The notes under the pieces are model-generated. The model had not been told where the DNA came from. It did not search any database and worked only from the letters and a program-made list of their open reading frames with translations. The position numbers and the translations under genes are program-made. This document shows positions 48,604 to 56,410 of a stretch of 64,000 bases of DNA, piece after piece (the stretch's first letter is position 1; the number at the start of each line of letters is the position of its first letter). The stretch spans positions 1,600,001-1,664,000 of the forward strand of contig OZ253555.1 in the NCBI GenBank assembly GCA_965262725.1. The letters are read 5' to 3'. Origin of the DNA: Dehalococcoidia bacterium. Its GTDB lineage: Bacteria; Chloroflexota; Dehalococcoidia; UBA2979.

Positions 48604-50646
48604 ATGATCAACGTGCAGGCTCCCGCCCGCGACGCGCTAGACGACAAGGTCAACCGCATCTTTGCCGGAAAGGCCGTGAGAAAGGACCTCGTCCGCAAGG
48701 TCAAGGTCGGTGCCAACGTTCCCGTCTTTGTTCTGGAGTACCTGCTCGGGAAGTACTGCGCTTCCTCGGACGAGATGGCAATCCAGATGGGGTTGCAGGT
48801 CGTCAACAACACTCTCGCCGAGAACTACATCAGGCCCGACGAAGCGCAGCGTGCTCAGAGCAAGGTAAAGGAGCTGGGGCGCCACACGTTCATCGATAAG
48901 GTGAAAGTGCGCTTGACGGACTCCGAGTACTGGGCTGAGGTGACGAATTTCGGTCACCGCTTTGTCCACATCCCTGACCACTACGTTCGTGATTTCGATC
49001 GCCTGCTCACCGGTGGTATCTGGGCGCAGATCGACATGCGGTTCGAGTATGACGAGGAATCGCGGGGCAAGAACCCGTTCTGGATTGAGAAGCTCACGCC
49101 GATCCAGCTCGCTACATTCGATCTTGATGAGTACCGCGGGCTGCGTGCCGAGTTCACCACTGACGAGTGGCTGGACCTCATGGTCCGGAGCATGGGCTAC
49201 GAGCCGTCGATCATGGATCGGAGACTGAAGCTCCTCTTCCTGCTCCGCCTCATCCCACTGTGCGAACGCAACTACAACTTGGTCGAGCTTGGTCCCAGGG
49301 GAACCGGTAAGAGTTACGCGATTCAGGAGTTCTCACCCTACGCGGCTCTGCTGACGGGGCCGACGACGGTCGCCAATCTCTTTGGCCATATGAGCGGCAG
49401 GCAGAAGGGTATGGTCATGATCTGGGACGTCGTCGGCTTCGACGAGGTCGGGGATCTCCAGAAGATGCCGAAGGAAGTGATCACCACGCTCAAGACCTAC
49501 TGTGAGTCTGGTCAGTTCCAGCGTGGGCAAGAGGCGATGGCGGGCTACGCCAGTATCGCCATGTTCGGGAACACTCAGCAACCGGTAGACGTGATGGTCC
49601 AGACCGGGCACCTCTTCGCACCGCTGCCCGAGGTGATCCGAGATGACATGGCATTCATCGACCGCATGCACTTCTACCTCCCGGGGTGGGAAGTGCCAAA
49701 GATGCGCAACGAGCACTTCACGGACCATTACGGATTCGTTGTCGACTACCTCGCGGAGGCGCTTCGCGAGCTGCGCAAGCTGAACTACACTGAGACTCTC
49801 GATCACGCTTTCTCGCTCGGCTCCCACTTGAACGCTCGCGACCGCAAGGCGGTTCGTCATACCGTCGCCGGTCTCGTGAAGATCCTGCATCCCAACGGCG
49901 ACGTGTCGAAGGACGACATGGAGGAGATCGCTGCGCTGGCGCTCGAAGGTCGTCGGCGAGTCAAGGAACAGCTCAAGAAGATGGGTTCCTTCGAATATCA
50001 CCAGACTTCGTTCAGCTACATCGACAACGAGTCCGGTGAAGAACACTTCGTTGGTGTACCCGAGCAAGGTGGTCGCGATCTCATCTCCCCGGACCCGCTC
50101 GCACCGGGCACGATCTACGCGGCTTCCGTGACAAACGACGGAACAGTCGGTCTGTATCGGGTGGAAGTCACAACGTCCAACGGAACGGGGAAGCTGCGCC
50201 CGGCGGGAGCACTGCGGGGGCTCGTGAGAGAGTCCGTCCAGCGTGCGTTCGGCTACCTGCAGTCGAATCAGACTTCGTTTGGCGTGGCGAGCGCACTCGA
50301 CGGTTCAGACCTCCACGTCGAAGTCGTTGATCTGCTGGGCAATCGCGCCGATGCAGAGATCGGGGTCGCGTTCTTCATCGCCGCCTACTCAATCTTGCGG
50401 CGGAGCGCCCCACTCCCGGCGCTACTCGTTCTCGGTGATCTCAGCATCCAGGGGAACATCAAGCCGGTGACGTCGCTCGTTGAACCATTGCGACTCGCGA
50501 TGGACAACGGTGCGAAGCGCGCACTGATCCCGATCGAGAATAAGCGCCACTTCTTCGACGTTCCTGCGGACATCCTCGAGATGGTAGATCCGGTTTTCTA
50601 CGGCGATATGCGAACGGCTGCCTTCAAGGCCTTGGACCTGGGCTGA
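48604..50646 (+). CDS. brxL: BREX Lon-like AAA protein BrxL
   Basis: NVPVFVLEYLLGKYC, ELGPRGTGKS, FDEV, and a Lon-like C-terminal domain. Confidence 0.93.
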   Translation: MINVQAPARDALDDKVNRIFAGKAVRKDLVRKVKVGANVPVFVLEYLLGKYCASSDEMAIQMGLQVVNNTLAENYIRPDEAQRAQSKVKELGRHTFIDKVKVRLTDSEYWAEVTNFGHRFVHIPDHYVRDFDRLLTGGIWAQIDMRFEYDEESRGKNPFWIEKLTPIQLATFDLDEYRGLRAEFTTDEWLDLMVRSMGYEPSIMDRRLKLLFLLRLIPLCERNYNLVELGPRGTGKSYAIQEFSPYAALLTGPTTVANLFGHMSGRQKGMVMIWDVVGFDEVGDLQKMPKEVITTLKTYCESGQFQRGQEAMAGYASIAMFGNTQQPVDVMVQTGHLFAPLPEVIRDDMAFIDRMHFYLPGWEVPKMRNEHFTDHYGFVVDYLAEALRELRKLNYTETLDHAFSLGSHLNARDRKAVRHTVAGLVKILHPNGDVSKDDMEEIAALALEGRRRVKEQLKKMGSFEYHQTSFSYIDNESGEEHFVGVPEQGGRDLISPDPLAPGTIYAASVTNDGTVGLYRVEVTTSNGTGKLRPAGALRGLVRESVQRAFGYLQSNQTSFGVASALDGSDLHVEVVDLLGNRADAEIGVAFFIAAYSILRRSAPLPALLVLGDLSIQGNIKPVTSLVEPLRLAMDNGAKRALIPIENKRHFFDVPADILEMVDPVFYGDMRTAAFKALDLG

Positions 50647-50939
50647 TCGTCGCAGAGTCGCTTCGTGACAGGAGTCGGCTGCATAGCAAGCGCTTCGGGC
50701 CTTCCACTGCTAGGCCTCAGTTGCGAGGGTGCGAACAATTGACCAGAACGCACGTTCGTCTGACCGGACCCCGTGTTCCACCACCGCGCATGAGCACCAG
50801 TTCGGGACACTGGGGGTCAAGAATCCCATCCCGAGCGTGTCCTCTCCGCCGTTGGTCGGCTCCCTCGAAGTAGTCTGGATCGTTCGTAGGCTCGGATGCT
50901 GTTGCGAGGGGGACGCGCTCCGTGGCGCCGCAGCCACGC

Positions 50940-51230
50940 CTACGGCAGCCGCCGGAAGGAGAGATCTGCGACTACTCCAAAGTGGTCCGAGAGGTTTCTC
51001 TTCTCATCGACATTGCTGATCACGTCCGCTCCCTCGACCGCCAGTTCCTCACTCAGCGCAATGTGGTCGATGCTCCTGCGCCCCTCGACGGCAAGCGACG
51101 AGGTCGCGATCGTCAGGCCCGGCGTGAAGGCCCGGCCCAGTGCCGACCTGACCTCGGCGGGTGCACGGCCGCCCGCCCCGACGACCTGGTTGAAGTCCCC
51201 CATCACTATCAGTCGTTCCGCAGTGCCCCG
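50940..51230 (-). pseudogene. C-terminal fragment of an EEP nuclease
   Basis: IVMGDFN, IDHI, LSDH motifs; the N-terminus is replaced by the IS110 remnant. Confidence 0.75.
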
Positions 51231-51231
51231 T

Positions 51232-51403
51232 CCGGGGAGCCGAAGGACTCCGCGCGAGCGAGGAGCGCCTCGATGTCGGCCTCGTCGTTCGCGACGGCGC
51301 CGGCGAACAGCGGCGAGCCTGCCGCGTCCAGCACGTCGGCGAAGTGCTCTGTCTTACCGATGTCGAGGCCGATCCACACGGTCGTTTCGTCGGGCGTACC
51401 CAC
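51232..51403 (-). pseudogene. IS110 recombinase N-terminal fragment
   Basis: VWIGLDIGKTEHFADVLD...VANDEADI is the first strand of the DEDD RuvC-like domain; GGAAGGAG RBS. Confidence 0.85.
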
Positions 51404-51449
51404 TGCAACTCCTTCCGGGTTTCCCCCTCACTCAGTAGGAAGGCCACAG

Positions 51450-51625
51450 GCGCGCTCGGCGTCATCCACCTTACAAATCAGCGATTGGCTCGCATGTCCC
51501 CATCAGAGGTTCACGCGCCGAACAGTGCCGGTGGCAACACCACCCGAGCCGTCCGTTGCGGCAGGGCCAGTTGAGCCATGCCGGCACTGCTGGGCTTCCC
51601 GGGCTCAGAGGTTACCGAGCTCGTT
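51450..51625 (-). ncRNA. Putative IS110 bridge RNA
   Basis: A 5' hairpin followed by two stem-enclosed internal loops (CAGTGCCGG/CCGGCACTG and TCGGCG/CGCCGA). Guide GTAAGG is complementary to CCTTAC at the element end. Confidence 0.72.
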
Positions 51626-51654
51626 GGAAGAAGGTAAGGGGTTATAACCCAACG

Positions 51655-51699
51655 CTTCTAATCCGCGGGTCGCGGGTTCGAATCCTGCCGAGGGTACCA
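51655..51699 (+). other. att-like 3' half of tRNA-Arg(TCT)
   Basis: CTTCTAATCCGCGGGTCGCGGGTTCGAATCCTGCCGAGGGTACCA; no 5' half is present. Confidence 0.82.
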
Positions 51700-51809
51700 A
51701 CCGCCAGATGCGCTTCTTGGGGCTATCAGGTGGCTTCCCGAGGGCACTTCAGTCCACGGAATGGGCCAAACCATGGTGGAAATTCTTCAGCGTCTCGCTG
51801 ATCCTACCG

Positions 51810-52343
51810 TCACCGGGCGCCGCTCACGACAGCGACAATCACGCCCGCGGTACACGCGAGGCCATAGAAGCACATGAGAACCAACGGAATCTGCTTCTCC
51901 AAGCGGGTGAAGGGCCGATAGAGTGATGGGTTCTCCCCTTTGCCAAGCGCAACCCACTCAGCCCCGAAGACGGCCGCTGGGAGGTGTTGCTCCAGCAAAC
52001 CAATGATAGAGAACTTCGCAGTGTTCAGTTGCCGGAACGACGTGACCATTCGCCACCATACGAAGCACGTGAAGACGCCCGTCATTCCTACAGCCACGCC
52101 CACCCCGCCACCGACGGGAGATAGTACGTCCCCTTCACGAAGCAGGATGCCGGTCGCGATCAACAGCGCCGAGTTGATCGACAGAAAGAATGTATTCGCT
52201 GTTTGACGACGGGCTACGACGCGCTCGGACGACTCGACTATCAGCCGGTACTGATCGAGCAGTAATTGTTGCGCCCTATCGCTGGAGGAAGGCGAACCAC
52301 CGGGGAACAATACATCGTCGAGAGCCGCCTCATCGTCGGTCAT
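51810..52343 (-). CDS. Three-TM membrane protein (RipA/SLATT-like pore effector candidate)
   Basis: LLDQYRL...RRQTANTFFLSINS...WWRMVTSFRQLNTAKFSII...LE; ATGA-coupled to a TIR gene. Confidence 0.75.
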   Translation of the reverse strand: MTDDEAALDDVLFPGGSPSSSDRAQQLLLDQYRLIVESSERVVARRQTANTFFLSINSALLIATGILLREGDVLSPVGGGVGVAVGMTGVFTCFVWWRMVTSFRQLNTAKFSIIGLLEQHLPAAVFGAEWVALGKGENPSLYRPFTRLEKQIPLVLMCFYGLACTAGVIVAVVSGAR

Positions 52344-52726
52344 ACCGTCACACCAGAGAGCTTTCTCATGATCGCGTCGATCTGCCACGGGATCGGCGCA
52401 ACTCCGAGTTCCTCGAGAGCGGCGGGGAATCGCTGTATGTCATCCCTCAGCCACACCGCGATCACGTCATTCCCGAGTTCCGCGCTCTTGCGGACTTCCC
52501 AGTTCACGGCATCACTGCGGTAGGTGTTCTTTCCGACGAGGCAGATGGTCGCAGAGCACATCCGCAGCAATCTCTCAACGTTCGCCCTCCAAGCGTTTTC
52601 AAATGACTCTTTCACCGCGTAGTCGCGGCATTCGAGGTCGAAGGGGCTGCTCACCACTTGCTCTCGAAAGGTGTTCGAGAGTGGCTGATCCTCCATCGCG
52701 AAGCTGAGGAATACGTTTAGCGTCAT
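52340..52726 (-). CDS. TIR domain protein (DUF1863/ThsB-like) 3
   Basis: VFLSF, TICLVG, SDAVNWEV with the catalytic Glu. Confidence 0.85.
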   Translation of the reverse strand: MTLNVFLSFAMEDQPLSNTFREQVVSSPFDLECRDYAVKESFENAWRANVERLLRMCSATICLVGKNTYRSDAVNWEVRKSAELGNDVIAVWLRDDIQRFPAALEELGVAPIPWQIDAIMRKLSGVTV

Positions 52727-52811
52727 GGGATACTCCTCTCCGCACGTCCGGCGCCCGAGGCAGCACGATCACACCGGATCTACGTCGCGAGACGCGTCGT
52801 AGCGATAGACC

Positions 52812-53201
52812 CTATCGGGATCCTGCGATCAGCCTCTTGAGGTTCTCCCATGTCCACTTGTACATTATATCAGCCGTTGCGGCAGATCGCGGCTTCTGAC
52901 ACGTCTTCTTGCTACGTCCGTGCAGGAGGAAGACATCATTGCCTTCGTCTAGTGTAATGTCGAATTCAACCGAGACACCCGTTGCGGAGTTCGTATGCTC
53001 GCCACAAATGATTATAGTAACATCCGTTCTCCGGATGCGACTACGAACTTTGTCCTTCCAGTTTCCAACGAACGGCTCCCTCAGCGACCAGTCTTGAATA
53101 CTGAACGGTGAGTCAGGGTTCTTCGCCTGGCCGACGAGCAAGTTGCGAAGGTCTTCGTCATGTTCGAAGTCAAAGCTGATGAATGCGCGCTTGGCAGCCA
53201 A
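52812..53201 (-). CDS. TIR domain protein (DUF1863/ThsB-like) 2
   Basis: RAFISFDFEHD, DWSLREP, GVSVEF, YKWTWENLK; TTG start with RBS. Confidence 0.85.
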   Translation of the reverse strand: MAAKRAFISFDFEHDEDLRNLLVGQAKNPDSPFSIQDWSLREPFVGNWKDKVRSRIRRTDVTIIICGEHTNSATGVSVEFDITLDEGNDVFLLHGRSKKTCQKPRSAATADIMYKWTWENLKRLIAGSR

Positions 53202-53498
53202 TGGGGTGATCCCCCTCTCGTCACCTGAGACTCGGAAGACGGAAACACTCTCGGATCCAGCCGAGCCTAGGCAACAGCGTATCACGCCGGAACGCGGCGG
53301 GCGTCTCCATTGTGGATCGGCGGCCAGGGTCGCCGGCCCCACCCGGATATCGTGGCTCCAAAGGGGTACGCACAGCGCAAAGTCGGTCGCTCGCCGCCGT
53401 TGACGGCGACCACGGGGGATCTCAGTTCGTGGTCGGCAGGACCCCACAGCAAGAACTCCTTGCGCTGCCGCCGTGCATTCCCTTCAGCTTGGTGCTCC

Positions 53499-53909
53499 TC
53501 ATCCAACGGCGCGAATCGCAGAGACAATGCTGTCTGTGTTCCACGCGACAATTGCATCGGCTGCATTTCGCACCGTGGCCGAGATCTTCGTGTTACCTCG
53601 AGGCTTCACCGCAATGACGGGTTTCGGTCTACTGAAGCCTGTCTTTGCCAACTTCACCTCGGTTGTTATCCATTTGCTGTATGTAGAGTAGACTCCGCCC
53701 ATCACAAGGATCACGTGACACGGCTGCATATGATTGGAAATCGCTTGCCGCAGTGCACGGTCGGTCGGTGCGTTGTGAATCGGGTCGTCGGGGGGTACGG
53801 AATAATTCCTGAATACGAAGTACGGTCGTTCCTCCAACAGACCAACAAGGCGCTCGTAGTGGTCTGAGTATCTCCACGAATGACTGATAAACAAGTTGTA
53901 CTGTCTCAA
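53499..53909 (-). CDS. TIR domain protein (DUF1863/ThsB-like) 1
   Basis: YNLFISHSW, NYSVP, SKWITTEV, KPVIAV, AWNTDSIV; AAGGAGG RBS. Confidence 0.88.
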   Translation of the reverse strand: MRQYNLFISHSWRYSDHYERLVGLLEERPYFVFRNYSVPPDDPIHNAPTDRALRQAISNHMQPCHVILVMGGVYSTYSKWITTEVKLAKTGFSRPKPVIAVKPRGNTKISATVRNAADAIVAWNTDSIVSAIRAVG

Positions 53910-53963
53910 GTGCACCTCCTTCAATGTCGCCGCGTTGGCCGCGAGGCGCTGATGCTAGCAGCC

Positions 53964-55403
53964 TCACTGCGCGGAAGCGCCAAGGGCCGCTCTGCACGCA
54001 GAATTGGCGATGGCGATGGCGAGGTCCTTTCTGGTGTCGGCGTACTTGAGCTGGCGGAGCGCTTCTCGGTAAGCGACGCAGAGTAACTCCAAATCGCTCG
54101 CGGCAGCGCCAGAAGCCCAGCTTCGACAGGCGCGAACGAACTCTGGCACCGGGCTCGCCGCGGCCCACCTCTCTACGTCAAACCAGTGCTCTGCTGTTTC
54201 GGCGGTGGCCCAATCCCCGATCGCCCCTCGGCCTTGGGGATGAAAGAGCAGACTTAGTTCCAGCACGATCGGATCCAGGCAGGCGGGTGCGGCGCCCAGA
54301 TTCCCGAAATCGATCATGAGCGGCTCACCTAGCGAGTCAACCAGGATATTCGCTCCATGGAGATCCCCATGCTGATAGCATGTCGAGACCGTCGCCCCGG
54401 ACCCTTCGAAGGCCCCGTCGTCACGGTCGCCGAGCTCAACCTGATAGTCGACGAGAACCGAATCTGGGACAACCTCACGACGAAAGTCGCGGATTCGCAC
54501 ACTGCTGTTCTCCTTCGTATTGAGCCATGGCTCGACCTTTTGGTGGAGCTTCGCAACGGCGGCCCCTGCCGCCGCATCGTCATCCGCTATGAGGTTGAAG
54601 AGAGAGCGGTCGAAACCCGTTACCAGTTGGTAGAAGACCGCCCCTCTGGACCCGAGGCCGGCGGTGATCTCGTCAGCATGGCTCGCAAACGTAGTTGGAC
54701 CGAGGAGCGTAGGGAGGCATCGGTTGTACTGCTCGATCTCGCGGAGAATTGCACTCCTACTATCGAACTTCGCGAAGACTAGCGCCCGCACGCCCGTCCG
54801 ACTCTTCACGGTTGCTCTATAGGTCTGGGCTCCGGACAGACCTCCGCCAAGGGGCTGGATGTGGATCACTGATCCATCGTTCCGCCGTGCGAAGACTTGC
54901 AGGCCGAGTTCTACGTGGGCTGGAATTAGCATCTTCGCTTCTCGATCTACGACAATGCGACTCAGCTCGTCCCGATTCGCTACGAATTCTCTTGTCCACG
55001 CTATCGCTTCCGGAAGTTCTTCTTTCGAAAACTGCACAACCATAGGGAAGTTCTCGCGCGTTCCGAAGATGTCCTTGTTCTCTCCCAAGCTCAGCGACTC
55101 ACGGATATTCTTCGCGGTGGCGTACCCCGTAAGAAACATGCAGGGCACGCCAGGACGGATCTCTCGAGCTCGCGCTTGAACGAACAAGCCCTGGGTCTCG
55201 TCGATGGCGAGCCCGCCGTCTGAAGGAGGAATACGAAGGTCACAGATGATGAGGTCGAACTCCTCGCCCTCGTCCTCTATGAGTGCGACCGCGGACGCAC
55301 TACTCCGAGCCGGGACAACACGGAAACTACTGTCGAGTGACACAAGTTCGGCCGACACTTCTTCGAGCCAGTGTTCCTCATCCTCGACGAAGAGAACTCG
55401 CAT
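53964..55403 (-). CDS. Response-regulator receiver fused to an APH/protein kinase-like domain
   Basis: Receiver motifs VEDE, ICDL, LTG; kinase motifs GGGLSGA, FAK, HGDLHGANIL, IDFG. Confidence 0.88.
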   Translation of the reverse strand: MRVLFVEDEEHWLEEVSAELVSLDSSFRVVPARSSASAVALIEDEGEEFDLIICDLRIPPSDGGLAIDETQGLFVQARAREIRPGVPCMFLTGYATAKNIRESLSLGENKDIFGTRENFPMVVQFSKEELPEAIAWTREFVANRDELSRIVVDREAKMLIPAHVELGLQVFARRNDGSVIHIQPLGGGLSGAQTYRATVKSRTGVRALVFAKFDSRSAILREIEQYNRCLPTLLGPTTFASHADEITAGLGSRGAVFYQLVTGFDRSLFNLIADDDAAAGAAVAKLHQKVEPWLNTKENSSVRIRDFRREVVPDSVLVDYQVELGDRDDGAFEGSGATVSTCYQHGDLHGANILVDSLGEPLMIDFGNLGAAPACLDPIVLELSLLFHPQGRGAIGDWATAETAEHWFDVERWAAASPVPEFVRACRSWASGAAASDLELLCVAYREALRQLKYADTRKDLAIAIANSACRAALGASAQ

Positions 55404-56410
55404 TAGCGTAACTCGGTGGGCTGTGGCCATCTAATCTCGCACGCGACTCCGCGCTGCTCGCGTGGCCGGAGTTCGACGGTGCCACCGAGGGTGGCCATCG
55501 CGCGCCGAGCAAGGGGGAGACCGATGCCGAAGTGCTCGCTCTTTGGCTTGCCCGTCGCCCACATCTCGAACACTTGGTCGGCCCCAGCCGGCAACCCGAT
55601 CCCTTCGTCTAGCACGACGATCCAATAGTCCCGGTCTGTGATCCCGTAGTTGATCACGACTGCAGGGGATGGCAGCACGGTGTCGCCCGACATCGGGACG
55701 GCTAGTCCAACACCCCGTCTCCTCGCGTTGACGGATCCGGTTTCAGATCCAGTACTGGTGCCCTCCGCAGGGGCTCGCCTGTCAGCGCTTGCACGGTCCT
55801 CCATAGCCTCCACAGCGTTTCTCACAGCCTGAGCCAGCGCCAGCTGTACTAGACTCTCGTCGCCTACCACATGGGCTGGATCTATGCCGACGGCCATGAC
55901 CATAGACCGGTCCTCCTCTTCAAGCTCGGACTCGACCGTCTTTGCAACCAGATCAGAGAGATTGAACTCCGTCCAGGTCGGAGCGCTAGCGGACTCGCCC
56001 AGAAGCTCGGCAGCGCGTAGGAACGAGACGATCCTCTCGATTGAACGACTCGTGTTACTGCTCTCGAAGTCAGCGAGTTCTCGCCTGGCACGAAGGCGCA
56101 ACAAGCCGACTAGAGGCTTAAGTTCGTGTAGCAGCATGGTGGTCGCTTCGGCGGTGGCTTGAGCGCGGACCTCGCGGGATATCTCGCTCAGTTCTTCTGT
56201 CTCGAACCTGGGTGTAAGGGCAACGCCATCGAGGCGATCACGCGCGCGACCGAGTGCTGATCGAACCCACGAGTCCGTTTCGCGGGCGAGAGCTGCGTCG
56301 ATGTCTGCGCCGTGGGTTGACGTTGCAGCAGTGCGAAGAGCCCGAGCTCCCCGGAGGCGCTCGGATGCGTCGGCCGACTTCAGCAGGCTGAAGGCTTCCG
56401 CTGCGTCCAC
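55403..56410 (-). CDS. Soluble HEAT-repeat histidine kinase
   Basis: HEAT-like ERLRGARAL/WVRSAL; H-box LHEL, N-box RNAVEA, DEGIG, GIGL. No TM segment. Confidence 0.88.
   Translation of the reverse strand: MDAAEAFSLLKSADASERLRGARALRTAATSTHGADIDAALARETDSWVRSALGRARDRLDGVALTPRFETEELSEISREVRAQATAEATTMLLHELKPLVGLLRLRARRELADFESSNTSRSIERIVSFLRAAELLGESASAPTWTEFNLSDLVAKTVESELEEEDRSMVMAVGIDPAHVVGDESLVQLALAQAVRNAVEAMEDRASADRRAPAEGTSTGSETGSVNARRRGVGLAVPMSGDTVLPSPAVVINYGITDRDYWIVVLDEGIGLPAGADQVFEMWATGKPKSEHFGIGLPLARRAMATLGGTVELRPREQRGVACEIRWPQPTELR

Noticed and set aside
51639-51650. Perfect palindrome GGGTTATAACCC
   Set aside because: It is a single 12-bp palindrome at the IS110 flank with no assignable function.
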